This document shows positions 38,401 through 50,400 of a stretch of DNA of 64,000 bases, one piece after another; positions within the stretch are counted from its first letter, which is position 1; each line of letters opens with the position of its first letter. The notes under the pieces are model-generated. The model made no database searches, was not told the origin of the DNA, and worked only from the letters and a program-made list of their open reading frames with translations. Origin of the DNA: Antedon mediterranea (taxonomy: Eukaryota; Animalia; Echinodermata); contig NC_092673.1 of the NCBI RefSeq assembly GCF_964355755.1, positions 3,782,001 through 3,846,000 on the forward strand. The letters are read 5' to 3'. The position numbers were made by a program, and so were the translations under genes.

Positions 38401-41400
38401 TTAAAAATTGCATCCACCATTAAAGATAGGCTAATTTGTGCCAAATGATTTACTTTTTCGTTTGATTATAGGATCTTTATTTTAAGATGGATGAAAAAAA
38501 CACAAATTTCACAATTTATGCACCTGTCCCAATACCATTGTTAATAACATTCTAATCGTAATATAAAAAAAATCTGAATGGTTAATTTGGTGACCTACTA
38601 AATGCATATACCTGTATGTATAGGGTCACCGAACTTTAAGTTGATCAACTCATGCTAATTAATTTCCACCCATCTTACTTTATAACATCTTCATACTGTT
38701 GACCAACATCACTTAACTTTTTGGTGACACTACACCCTAATGGTTTAGGTTATCATTGCATTTCCATTTCATTTTCATTTAATGATTCTTTTGTCTACCC
38801 TAGTGAGTGAGAATTATTATATTGAATAAAAAATTTTTCATTTTTCATTTATTTATTCGACCAAAACACATAGAAACAGAACAGAAAAGAAACAAAGCAC
38901 AATGGTCAGGTGAAACTAAAGCAAAAACAATTACTATAACTCAAAGAGTCAGTTGCCCCTTAGCTTTCGCCCGGGCTCGAACCGGGGACCTTCTGCGTGT
39001 TAAGCAGACGTGATAACCACTACGCCAAGAAGCCGCATATAATATAAATATAATATTATTATATCAATATAGTCAAATGCAACAATGATAAATTGTGAAC
39101 CATATTACTGAGTCATAGAACTTGACAATTGCAACCACTGTTGAAGCCAAATTATTAAATTAAGCTGCCTGAAAAAACTGTAATACACATCAATGCGAAA
39201 ATCAGGTATTCCCTGATAAATATCTCAAACAATAGCCGTTTTGTTCGGTTACTGTACAATCGCAACCTGTGTAAATTTATTTGTTGGAATTCTATAGAAT
39301 TTACTAAATTACCTACATTTGTTAACACAATCAAAGTTTTTTTTATATACAATTTAATTAAATAGAGAATATTATGGGAGCACTGAACAGTGAAAGACCG
39401 AAGGGTGTGCATCCTGGTTGAAAATTGAATGAATGAAAAGAATAATAATCAAGAATTCATTTTATGTTGCTGTGTCATTTCAGAGAGTAGCGCACATTTT
39501 AATTTAATCAGGCCACACCCTATTTTTCCATAAAAGCCCTACTCACAGTTTAAAGCCCCATTCCCTACATTTTTAGATCTAATTTAAGGTCACAAACTAC
39601 ATTTAATGTAAAAATAAATACTAAATGGTCCTATTGCAATAACTTTTTCATCTTTGGTTAAATACAGTATGTGAAAAATGTGTTGATTCCAATAATTTAA
39701 GCGACCCGCTATAAATCCCAACATGCATTGTGTGCGGATTGATATTTTTTGATTTTCTTCTGTGATTCACTCACTCACTTTTGATTGATCGTGAAGGCCA
39801 AAACAAATGGAAGAATCATAACTTGTCAGCAAAAATACAGAAAGACAATTTATGCTGCTGACCAGCTAGGTCTCCAAAACTAAGCCTAAAGACCATACGA
39901 CATTCACCGCGAGCTATAACACTGTGCACATTCTACATAAATACAGCATTACCTATTTATCAGAAAATCTCAATTTTTTAAGCTGATTTTCCACTAGGCG
40001 AATTTGTTCGCGCGAATCCAACGTTTCGAAGAGAAAAAAATCGCCTACTCTCTTTCCACTACATGAGCGAATAGCTGCGACGTTCATGTTCCTCGCGTGG
40101 TTGCTGAGCATTTCGATTCGCATGAGTGCTCATGAAAGCGTCATAGCTCATTTCCTGAGCTCTGATTGGTTGCGCAATATTTCGCTTCGCAAAAAGTAGA
40201 AACAATTCGAACTAATAAATTTCGCTGAAGCGAAAAATCAAAGGAACTAGAATTCGTCGAAGAAGGCAGTATGACATACAGAAACGCGAATACGCATGTG
40301 CATAGCATGACGCTTTCGATTCGCGCGAACAAATTCGCCTAGTGGAAAATCGGCTTTAATAAACTTAGCAATTTATTAGTAGAAAAAATTCCAAATAAGA
40401 ACCCATGATATGATTGTAGGATGATGATTCATTCATAATATATAGAATGTTAAACACCACGATTTACCTCGTAAACAATGAAAATAAAATAGGTGTGTTG
40501 TGTGGAATAATGCATGCTTTATCATTTTTCTTTTGTAAAATTACCACATTATTTGTTTGGTTAATTCCACGATTATTAATCATGCGTATTACAAAAGATG
40601 GGAACTTCTGACAGGATGCCGTTTTGCGTAATAATTGTGTTAGTATTACAAACGTATTATTCATCAATTAAATCATACATTCTTGTGTTTGAATTTGTTA
40701 CATCATCGTTGTGGATTTACACGACTCACTCTATACAAGGAAATGACAACAATTGGAAGAGCTTGGTTACTTCCTCATTTAAACAAGAACCTTTGGTGAC
40801 TTAAGATTGATTGTATTGATAAATTCCTGGGACTCTCTGAGCCTCCTCTGGGATTTTCCCTTTCCCCTTTCCAAATATGATAAGGGCGTGCTATTTTTCC
40901 TAATTCTACTAATTATGCAATTTCATGTTGGTATATTAGTCATTTCATTATGTGCTTGTTATAAGCCCTTCAGGATAGTTGTCTTTCACAGCTTTCGTCT
41001 CTCCTCAGTGCTTCCTTTTTTATGTATCACTGAAAGTAAGAAATAAAATATGCAATTCAAGATACAGTAGAGCTAGAGAAGTCTAAAGATCTATCTGCAC
41101 TATAAAACTTTATATGACAAAAAAAATGTGATGTGCCTAAATATGGACATGCCGACGTCATATCACTACCATATTTGGATACATCACACCATCTTGTCAA
41201 AATAGTTTGATAGTGTAGACAGAGCTTAAGTGGTGGTGCATATCAAAAATGGCACTACCCACCTGGCAACTTCATTTCTGCAACTATACTAGTTGAGTTA
41301 GTTGCAACATACTGTTACACATGGAAATTCATGATACATTTAAGAATGGTATTGAAAACTTCATTGGCATGCTTTCTGAGGGGGTTTCCCTTCTCCCTTT

Positions 41401-44400
41401 TCAAACAAAACAATCTTTTAAGAGGAAGTTGATAAATATTCTGGTTCAACTAATGCTTTATTGTTTGACACTTGGTAGGTTGTTTACTGTAATCCTAGTG
41501 TAAAGCTCTGTCTACACTATCAAACTTAATGTGGCAATAGATTGTGCCCATATATGGACACGATGATGTCATATCACTACAACTGTATATTTGGGCATGT
41601 CACCACCATATTTGGGCACATCACACTTTTTTTTGTCAAACTCATTTGTGTATTATTGTTTACGCAGAGCTTAATGCTATATTGGAGTGGAGCTGTGGCT
41701 TGGTGGTTATGATGCTTGGCTACCGATCTAAGGGTCCTGGGTTCAAGTCCTGTCATATGTCAGGTTTTTTTTCTCATGACAATTTACAACTCCACTCCCA
41801 AAGACTTAATAATAAGTCTTTGTTTATGTAGAGCATCTTGTGTATATGTTTGTCTTGGCGGGTTACTCGCTGTTGGATGAGTATGAAATAAAAAAAAAAA
41901 ATAATAAAAAAAAAATATTGTTTGACACTTGAAAAGTTGTAATAATAACAATAATGATAATATCCTGGATTTATATAGTACCTAATGTTGTGAAACCTCT
42001 AAGAGCTGAACATTATTACCCAAGTCATCAAGACCTACCTTTGTTTGTACCTGGTTGTTTTAGGGTACAACATTTGAATGCTTAGTATAGTATAGTAAAA
42101 TGCATTTATATTAATGAACATACTGATATTTCAGTAGTATAGGCCTACTGATATTTCAGTAGTATACTGTAGGCCTACTGTATGCCTTGGTATGGAAGAA
42201 CAATCAAGGAAGGAAATGCTATATAAAGTAGGCCTACATCAAGAGAAAAGTTTTGGGTTGTCCCTGCAACAAAAGAGAAACAAAAACAAAATGTGTTACT
42301 ATTTTTAGGCAAAATAATTGAAATTTTATATATTATATCATTACATTGCCTACCAAACCTTATACTCAATGTATTTATCAAATTGCATGAATTAGAAAAT
42401 TGTAAAATTATTTTTAAACGTTTTAAAACGCAGTGAATAAATAAAGAGCATGAAACTATTTTTGTTCTATTTGGCATCATTCTTCTATAAAAGCTGTTTG
42501 CTTTTTCTTAGGAACAAAAATGAAATTACTAAAACGTCTTCTTCACTTTCAAATAACTTAGCATATACACATTTTCTTGGTATTATAAATATTTATTTTA
42601 TAAAGTGTTATTATTAGGTCATAGGTTAAAATAAAATAATTGTTGAAAGACTTAAATTAACATACATTTTTACATGCATATATTTTCTTAAGAAAGAACT
42701 TCTGTTTTGTAAAATGTTACAGTTTCAACCTTCTGGCTATTTGTGGCTAATGTTCGTCTTTTTTTGGACAATAAATATATATCTGAATGAATTATTTATG
42801 GTACTGTATATGTTTCACAATGTATCTTGTTTTTTTAAATATTTATAGCTGTTAGTACACCAGATAAAGATTATATTTTGAGAGCTGATGGTGAAGAAGA
42901 TAAAGTAGAATGGATGAACAAATTAAACAATGCAAGTAGGATACCAGTAAGTACAACAAACATTTGTATACACATACATTTAGCCCCTACACAGCGTGTA
43001 AGGACCTAGGCTTCTCACAGTTTTAAACCAAACGCCTTCATTTTGCCCCTTTTCACACACAGCGTGTAAGGACCTAGTTTTCTCACAGTTTTAAACCAAA
43101 CACCTTCATTTAGCCCCTTTTCACACACAGCGTGTAAGGACCTAGGCTTCTCACAGTTTTAAACCAAACGCCTTCATTTTGCCCCTTTTCACACACAGCG
43201 TGTAAGGACCTAGGTTTCTCCCAGTTTTAAACCAAACGCCTTCATTTTGCCCCTTTTCACACATAGCGTGTAAGGACCTAGGCTTCTCACAGTATTAACC
43301 AAACACCTTTATTTAGCCCATTTTCACACATAGCGTTTAAAGACCTCTGCTTCTCACAGTATTAACCAAACACCTTCATTTAGCCCCTTTTCACACACAG
43401 CATGTAAGGACCTAGGTTTCTCACAGTATTAACCAAACACCTTCATTTAGCCCCTTTTCACACACAGCGTGTAAAGACTACAATGATTTCCATTTTCACT
43501 TTCATGATCTTCTTGAAATAATCTTTACTGCACTGTCCCGCTTCCTCTTGGATATATTTATAGATCAGTGTGCCAAGATGGTTGACGTTTCTATTTCTCA
43601 ACTTTTATCCATTTTTATTATAATGAAGGGTGTCTGGCCTTTGGGACAACATGTGATAGATTTTAACGATTTATTCTGTTATATGTTAATTAGTAAACTT
43701 TCGTTTCGGGACGATAGATGAGGAATGAAAAGCTGCCAATAGTTGACAGGGAGTTATTGAAGTTTTTTCTTTTTCCTTTACTTCTATATAGCAAAAATGA
43801 GTCAACAGTTTTATAATAGAGGGAAGTTGGAATTGTAGAGTATGCCTCCCATCTTAAATTAATAAACAATTAATTGATAAAAGCAGCATTTCTATTTTAT
43901 TTTTATTATTTTTGCAATGATATTCCTTAACAATCGATTGTATTAAATAAAAGTTTTTATATGGCGCCCTACAAAGAAAGAGAGAGAGAGAGAGAGAGAA
44001 ATGTGCATCCCATAACTTTATTTATTTATTATCTTAATGTAACGTATATCTTTTAGTGGGCCTCCTATCACAAGCCCCTTGTGGTTTCCTGGAGGTCCTT
44101 TTTACCTTCTTTAAATTTGTTACTCCTTTTTGTTATGTGTATTGTTTTGATGGGATGAATAAAGAGATTGATTGATATGTGGTGTCCTGAACTTTTATTA
44201 TATTTCAACATAATTAAAGGAAAAATGTAATTGTTAGCAGTTCAAATATGGCATTATTGGAACTGTATTTAGATATCTCATCTCATTTTTAGGTACCAAA
44301 ACAAAAACTAGAAGAAAATGAAAATGTAGAAAATGAAAAAACGGATGATGATACATTAGAAGGAGACACACAAAATAGGAAAATAATCAGTTACAGAACA

Positions 44401-47400
44401 GAAATAGTTGGAGGTGTGGTAGTACGGACGCCAGTTGAGGTGAGTAGTACCCAACTATAATTAAATGTTATTAGGCCTATAATAGGACTACCTATCACTT
44501 GATAAAGGCTTGTTGATAATATGTGAATTAATGTGATTGATAGACTACTATTATTGGACAGATGAGGTGACCAAATTAACAAAATCATTAGGAATTTGGT
44601 AAGAACATATCTTACAATATATATTATGTGGAAAGAGTAAAAATATCAGGGAAGAGTGAAAATGTAAGCGAAGAGTGAAAATATCAGGTTAGAGTGATAA
44701 TATAAGCAAAGAGTGAACATATTAGGAAAAAGTGAAAATATCAGGGAAGAGTGAAATATCAGAGAGGAGTAAAAATATAAGCAAAGAGTGAAAATATCAG
44801 GAAAAAGTGAAAATATCAGGAAAGAGTGAAATGTCAGAGAAGAGTGAAAATATCAGGTTAGAGTGAAAATATAAGCAAAGAGTAAAGATATCAGGGAAGA
44901 GTGAAATATCAGAGAAGAGTGAAAATATCACGGAAGATTGAAAGTTCTTCCTTGACTATATTATATCATCCAGTTTCCTGCCTACTTTTAAGAGACATGA
45001 AAACCAAGTTTGTTTCATAGGTACTCCTAACTAAACTTTTTCTATCTTTTTAGACTAGATATTCAAAAGTTGAAACAATGGTAAATATGGTATGTCCATA
45101 TACACCATGTCATTGTGTCCTAAATTTACATCTACTGCACGCTTATAAGACCTTAAAAAAGTTGGTTTGCGGTCATAAATGCCAGGCCAATATTGCCTTT
45201 TACTTGTGGACATAACTGTATGAAAAGTGTAAGAAACCGATAAAATATTTTTGTACCCGCCCTCTCCGTTCTCAAAATAGAATTGTGGTCCCAACCCAAT
45301 TCTTGATTATGTTATTAAATTGTTATTGTAATTCATATTTTGAATATTAAAACAAAAGTACCATTTTCACTTTAAAAACAAATCAGGGCAATGCTTGACA
45401 GCAAACAAAAACTTTTTTAAAGCCTGTATTTAATAGTATATTTTGAAGAAAAAAACATATATTGCATGACCTTTTCATTTCAGTTATTGTGTTACGTAAG
45501 TGTATAGTTGTTTAGAAATCAATTTAAAAATACCTTGAATCAGTGCATAAGCGTCGATAGGAATTTTGCAATGGTGAACAAAAGGTTTAAATTGTGGTGA
45601 CCTATCCTCCCATCCAAATCTCATGTACACCTTTAGAATCTTTCAAAGAACAAAGAATTCCAGTTTGCCGCTTACATAATAGATTTATAGTTTTTCTATA
45701 GTCCTATCTGAAGTCATACCATACATGTAAAACAAATAGAAAAGAAATGTTGTCTATGAAAGAAGTTGTTAGGCAAAAACAGCATGTTGTTAGCGTGGGG
45801 AATGTGTCGGTTGTAATTAAGTGAAGGGTTTTAGTGAATATCTGTCACCTTTCAGCACAGTCGGACATTTTGGTTTTGGCCTCTGTTGACCCCGACAATT
45901 GAGGAAAGTTTTTTTCTGAAGCCGCCCAGTTTTCCAAAACCCATGGTACGTCCAAATTGCATTTAAAACAAAAGCATTCACACATTATACGCTATTTCTA
46001 ATGGTTTGTTGATTTTGCATTTTATACATGGTCGCTGTCTTCTTTAGCATGACGAATCCACGTTAAGGTGGAATTCTCTTAAGCTTCTTCTCAAGACCTA
46101 TTTTGAAATGAAAAAAATGGTAAGTTTGGTGTTTGAATAACAGCATGGTTTGCCAATGGTTCTTCAGTCAGAAATCGTATCGCATCTTGGACTAACATTC
46201 GTCTTGAAGACAAGCATCAATGTCTGAAGTAAATACAAGTTTCATAAAGACTGAATTGTGCCTTTTTGTAGCATGAATGTTTAATTTGTTCAATATGATT
46301 CCAATTCTCCGAAATTGTCAGATTGTAAATGCATTCTTCTATTTATCTATCTATCCTATCAATCCGTTCATCCATCTTTCTTTCTATCAATCAGTTCATC
46401 CATCTTTCTTTCTATCAATCCGTTCATCCATCTTTCTTTCTATCTATCCTATCAATCCGTTCATCCATCTTTCTTTCTACAGTATCTATCCTATCAATCC
46501 GTTCATCCATCTTTCTTTCTATCTATCCTATCAATCCGTTCATCCATCTTTCTTTCTATCAATCCGTTCATCCATCTTTCTTTCTATCTATCCTATCAAT
46601 CCGTTCATCCATCTTTCTTTCTATCAATCAGTTCATCCATCTTTCTTTCTATCAATCCGTTCATCTTTCTTTCTATCTATCCTATCAATCCGTTCATCCA
46701 TCTTTCTTTCTATCAATCCTATTAATCCGTTCATCCATCTTTCTTTCTATCTATCCTATCAATCCGTTCATCCATCTTTCTTTCTATCCATCCTATCAAT
46801 CCGTTCATCCATCTTTCTTTCTATCTATCCTATCAATCCGTTCATCCATCTTTCTTTCTATCAATCCGTTCATCCATCTTTCTTTCTATCAATCCGTTCA
46901 TCCATCTTTCTTCCTATCAATCCGTTCATCCATCTTTCTTTCTATCTATCCTATCAATCCGTTCATCCATCTTTCTTTCTATCTATCCTATCAATCCGTT
47001 CATCCATCTTTCTTTCTATCTATCCTATCAATCCGTTCATCCATCTTTCTTTCTATCTATCCTATCAATCCGTTCATCCATCTTTCTTTCTATCTATCCT
47101 ATCAATCCGTTCATCCATCTTTCTTTCTATCTATTCTATCAATGCGTTCATCCATCTTTCTTTCTATCAATGCGTTCATCCATCTTTCTTTCTATCAATC
47201 CGTTCATCCATCTTTCTTTCTATCAATCCGTTCATCCATCTTTCTTTCTATCAATCCGTTCATCCATCTTTCTTTCTATCAATCCGTTCATCCATCTTTC
47301 TTTCTATCAATCCGTTCATCCATCTTTCTTTCTATCAATCCGTTCATCCATCTTTCTTTCTATCCATCCTATCAATCCGTTCATCCATCTTTCTTTCTAT

Positions 47401-50400
47401 CCATCCTATCAATCCGTTCATCCATCTTTCTTTCTATCTATCCTATCAATCCGTTCATCCATCTTTCTTTCTATCTATCCTATCAATCCGTTCATCCATC
47501 TTTCTTTCTATCTATCCTATCAATCCATTCATCCATCTTTCTTTCTATCCCTCCTATCAATCAGTTCATCCATCTTTCTTTCTATCTATCCTATCAATCC
47601 GTTCATCCATCTTTCTTTCTATCTATCCTATCAATCCGTTCATCCATCTTTCTTTCTATCTATCCTATCAATCCGTTCATCCATCTTTCTTTCTATCTAT
47701 CCTATCAATCCGTTCATCCATCTTTCTTTCTATCTATCCTATCAATCCGTTCATCCATCTTTCTTTCTATCTATTCTATCAATGCGTTCATCCATCTTTC
47801 TTTCTATCAATGCGTTCATCCATCTTTCTTTCTATCAATGCGTTCATCCATCTTTCTTTCTATCAATCCGTTCTTCCATCTTTCTTTCTATCAATCCGTT
47901 CATCCATCTTTCTTTCTATCAATCCGTTCATCCATCTTTCTTTCTATCAATCCGTTCATCCATCTTTCTTTCTATCAATCCGTTCATCCATCTTTCTTTC
48001 TATCAATCCGTTCATCCATCTTTCTTTCTATCTATCCTATCAATCCGTTCATCCATCTTTCTTTCTATCCATCCTATCAATCCGTTCATCCATCTTTCTT
48101 TCTATCTATCCTATCAATCCGTTCATCCATCTTTCTTTCTATCTATCCTATCAATCCGTTCATCCATCTTTCTTTCTATCTATCCTATCAATCCGTTCAT
48201 CCATCTTTCTTTCTATCTATCCTATCAATCCGTTCATCCATCTTTCTTTCTATCTATCCTATCAATCCGTTCATCCATCTTTCTTTCTATCTATTCTATC
48301 AATGCGTTCATCCATCTTTCTTTCTATCAATGCGTTCATCCATCTTTCTTTCTATCAATCCGTTCATCCATCTTTCTTTCTATCAATCCGTTCATCCATC
48401 TTTCTTTCTATCAATCCGTTCATCCATCTTTCTTTCTATCAATCCGTTCATCCATCTTTCTTTCTATCAATCCGTTCATCCATCTTTCTTTCTATCAATC
48501 CGTTCATCCATCTTTCTTTCTATCCATCCTATCAATCCGTTCATCCATCTTTCTTTCTATCTATCCTATCAATCCGTTCATCCATCTTTCTTTCTATCTA
48601 TCCTATCAATCAGTTCATCCATCTTTCTTTCTATCTATCCTATCAATCCGTTCATCCATCTTTCTTTCTATCTATCCTATCAATCAGTTCATCCATCTTT
48701 CTTTCTATCTATCCTATCAATCCGTTCATCCATCTTTCTTTCTATCTATCCTATCAATCAGTTCATCCATCTTTCTTTCTATCTATCCTATCAATCCGTT
48801 CATCCATCTTTCTTTCTATCTATCCTATCAATCCGTTCATCCATCTTTCTTTCTATCTATCCTATCAATCCGTTCATCCATCTTTCTTTCTATCTATCCT
48901 ATCAATCCGTTCATCCATCTTTCTTTCTATCTATCCTATCAATCCGTTCATCCATCTTTCTTTCTATCTATCCTATCAATCCGTTCATCCATCTTTCTTT
49001 CTATCTATCCTATCAATCCGTTCATCCATCTTTCTTTCTATCTATCCTATCAATCCGTTCATCCATCTTTCTTTCTATCTATCCTATCAATCCGTTCATC
49101 CATCTTTCTTTCTATCTATCCTATCAATCCGTTCATCCATCTTTCTTTCTATCTATCCTATCAATCCGTTCATCCATCTTTCTTTCTATCTATCCTATCA
49201 ATCCGTTCATCCATCTTTCTTTCTATCCATCCTAGTTCCTTCTTTCTTTCTATCTATCTATCTATCCATCCTCCTCTTACCTTCTTTTTATCATACATCT
49301 TTCTTTCTATCAATCCTAGTTCCTTCTTATCAATCCTAATTCCTTCCTTCTTTCTTTCACTCTTCCTTTTTTTCTATCCATCCCCCATCCTTCTTCCTTT
49401 CTTTTTTTCTTTCTATCCATCCTCCTCCATCCTTTCTTTCTTTCTATCCATCCTTCTCTTACCTTCTTTCTATCATCCTCCTTTCTTTTCCATCCTCCTC
49501 CTTTCTAACCATATATTTTTCTGTTTCATCAATTCATCAATATATTTACCCACCTACCTACCCAGGTTGGATGTAGATATTAGAAACATTTATTACCGTT
49601 GATTTTAGTTTTCTAGGATTGTGTTTAAACCAATATATCAATTATAATTAGGTTACAAGTGAACTTTCTTAGTTTCCTTCTTCTCCCATTTATTAATGCT
49701 TATTCATCCAACATAACATTACGTTCTGTATATGTGCCGTTCGTCTCCATTAAAGCCGCCAACTGGCTGAATGCCAAGTGCTTCACTATCCAGGGTCCAG
49801 AAGTCCATCAGCTAGGATATTAATAGTAGCTGCTGTTATTAGTACTGTACTACTACAACATTTATATTAATTTTAACAGATTTTATAAATATTTGTATAT
49901 TGTGTTTATGGTACTGTAGATAGTGGTGTTCTATACATTGGTTTATATTATAGGAATCAATCAATCACTATCACATTGTGTAGCAAAAAGCAGTATATTT
50001 TATATCACATAGCTTGTACAATGTAAATTTAATAGCTATCGCGCTTTAATATATGATCTATTTTGGTTGGTAAAAGTTGCGATATGATGTTAACAAATGC
50101 AGCGAACCGGTAGTTCGTTCGACTACAAAATGTCTAGGGCGCCATATCGATATTCTATATAAAGAATATTATCTCCCTAATGTACGATACTGTACGTGAA
50201 TTAATTTCACTCTGAATTCCGTATGTTATAGTAAAAGCTCTTTACATATCCTGTAGTTTAGAGTCTGTATATACAGTAGCTTACAATATAGAATTCTTTT
50301 ATAAATATTTATTATATGTATTGAATGTGATTTTTCTTCTTTTGACAGGCTAGCTACTTAGTCCCTAGCTTGTGACCTAGCTTGTGACCTCTTGTTTCCT

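Noticed and set aside
12110-43480. Regularly spaced 26-68 bp repeats considered as CRISPR-like arrays
   Set aside because: Units are directly adjacent with no unique spacers, there are no cas genes, and the context is eukaryotic introns.
46277-49602. ORFs of 1020, 968, 810 and 136 aa
   Set aside because: Translations of a 28/37-bp G-poor satellite, open in all three frames with the same rotating peptide; intronic, with no coding signature.
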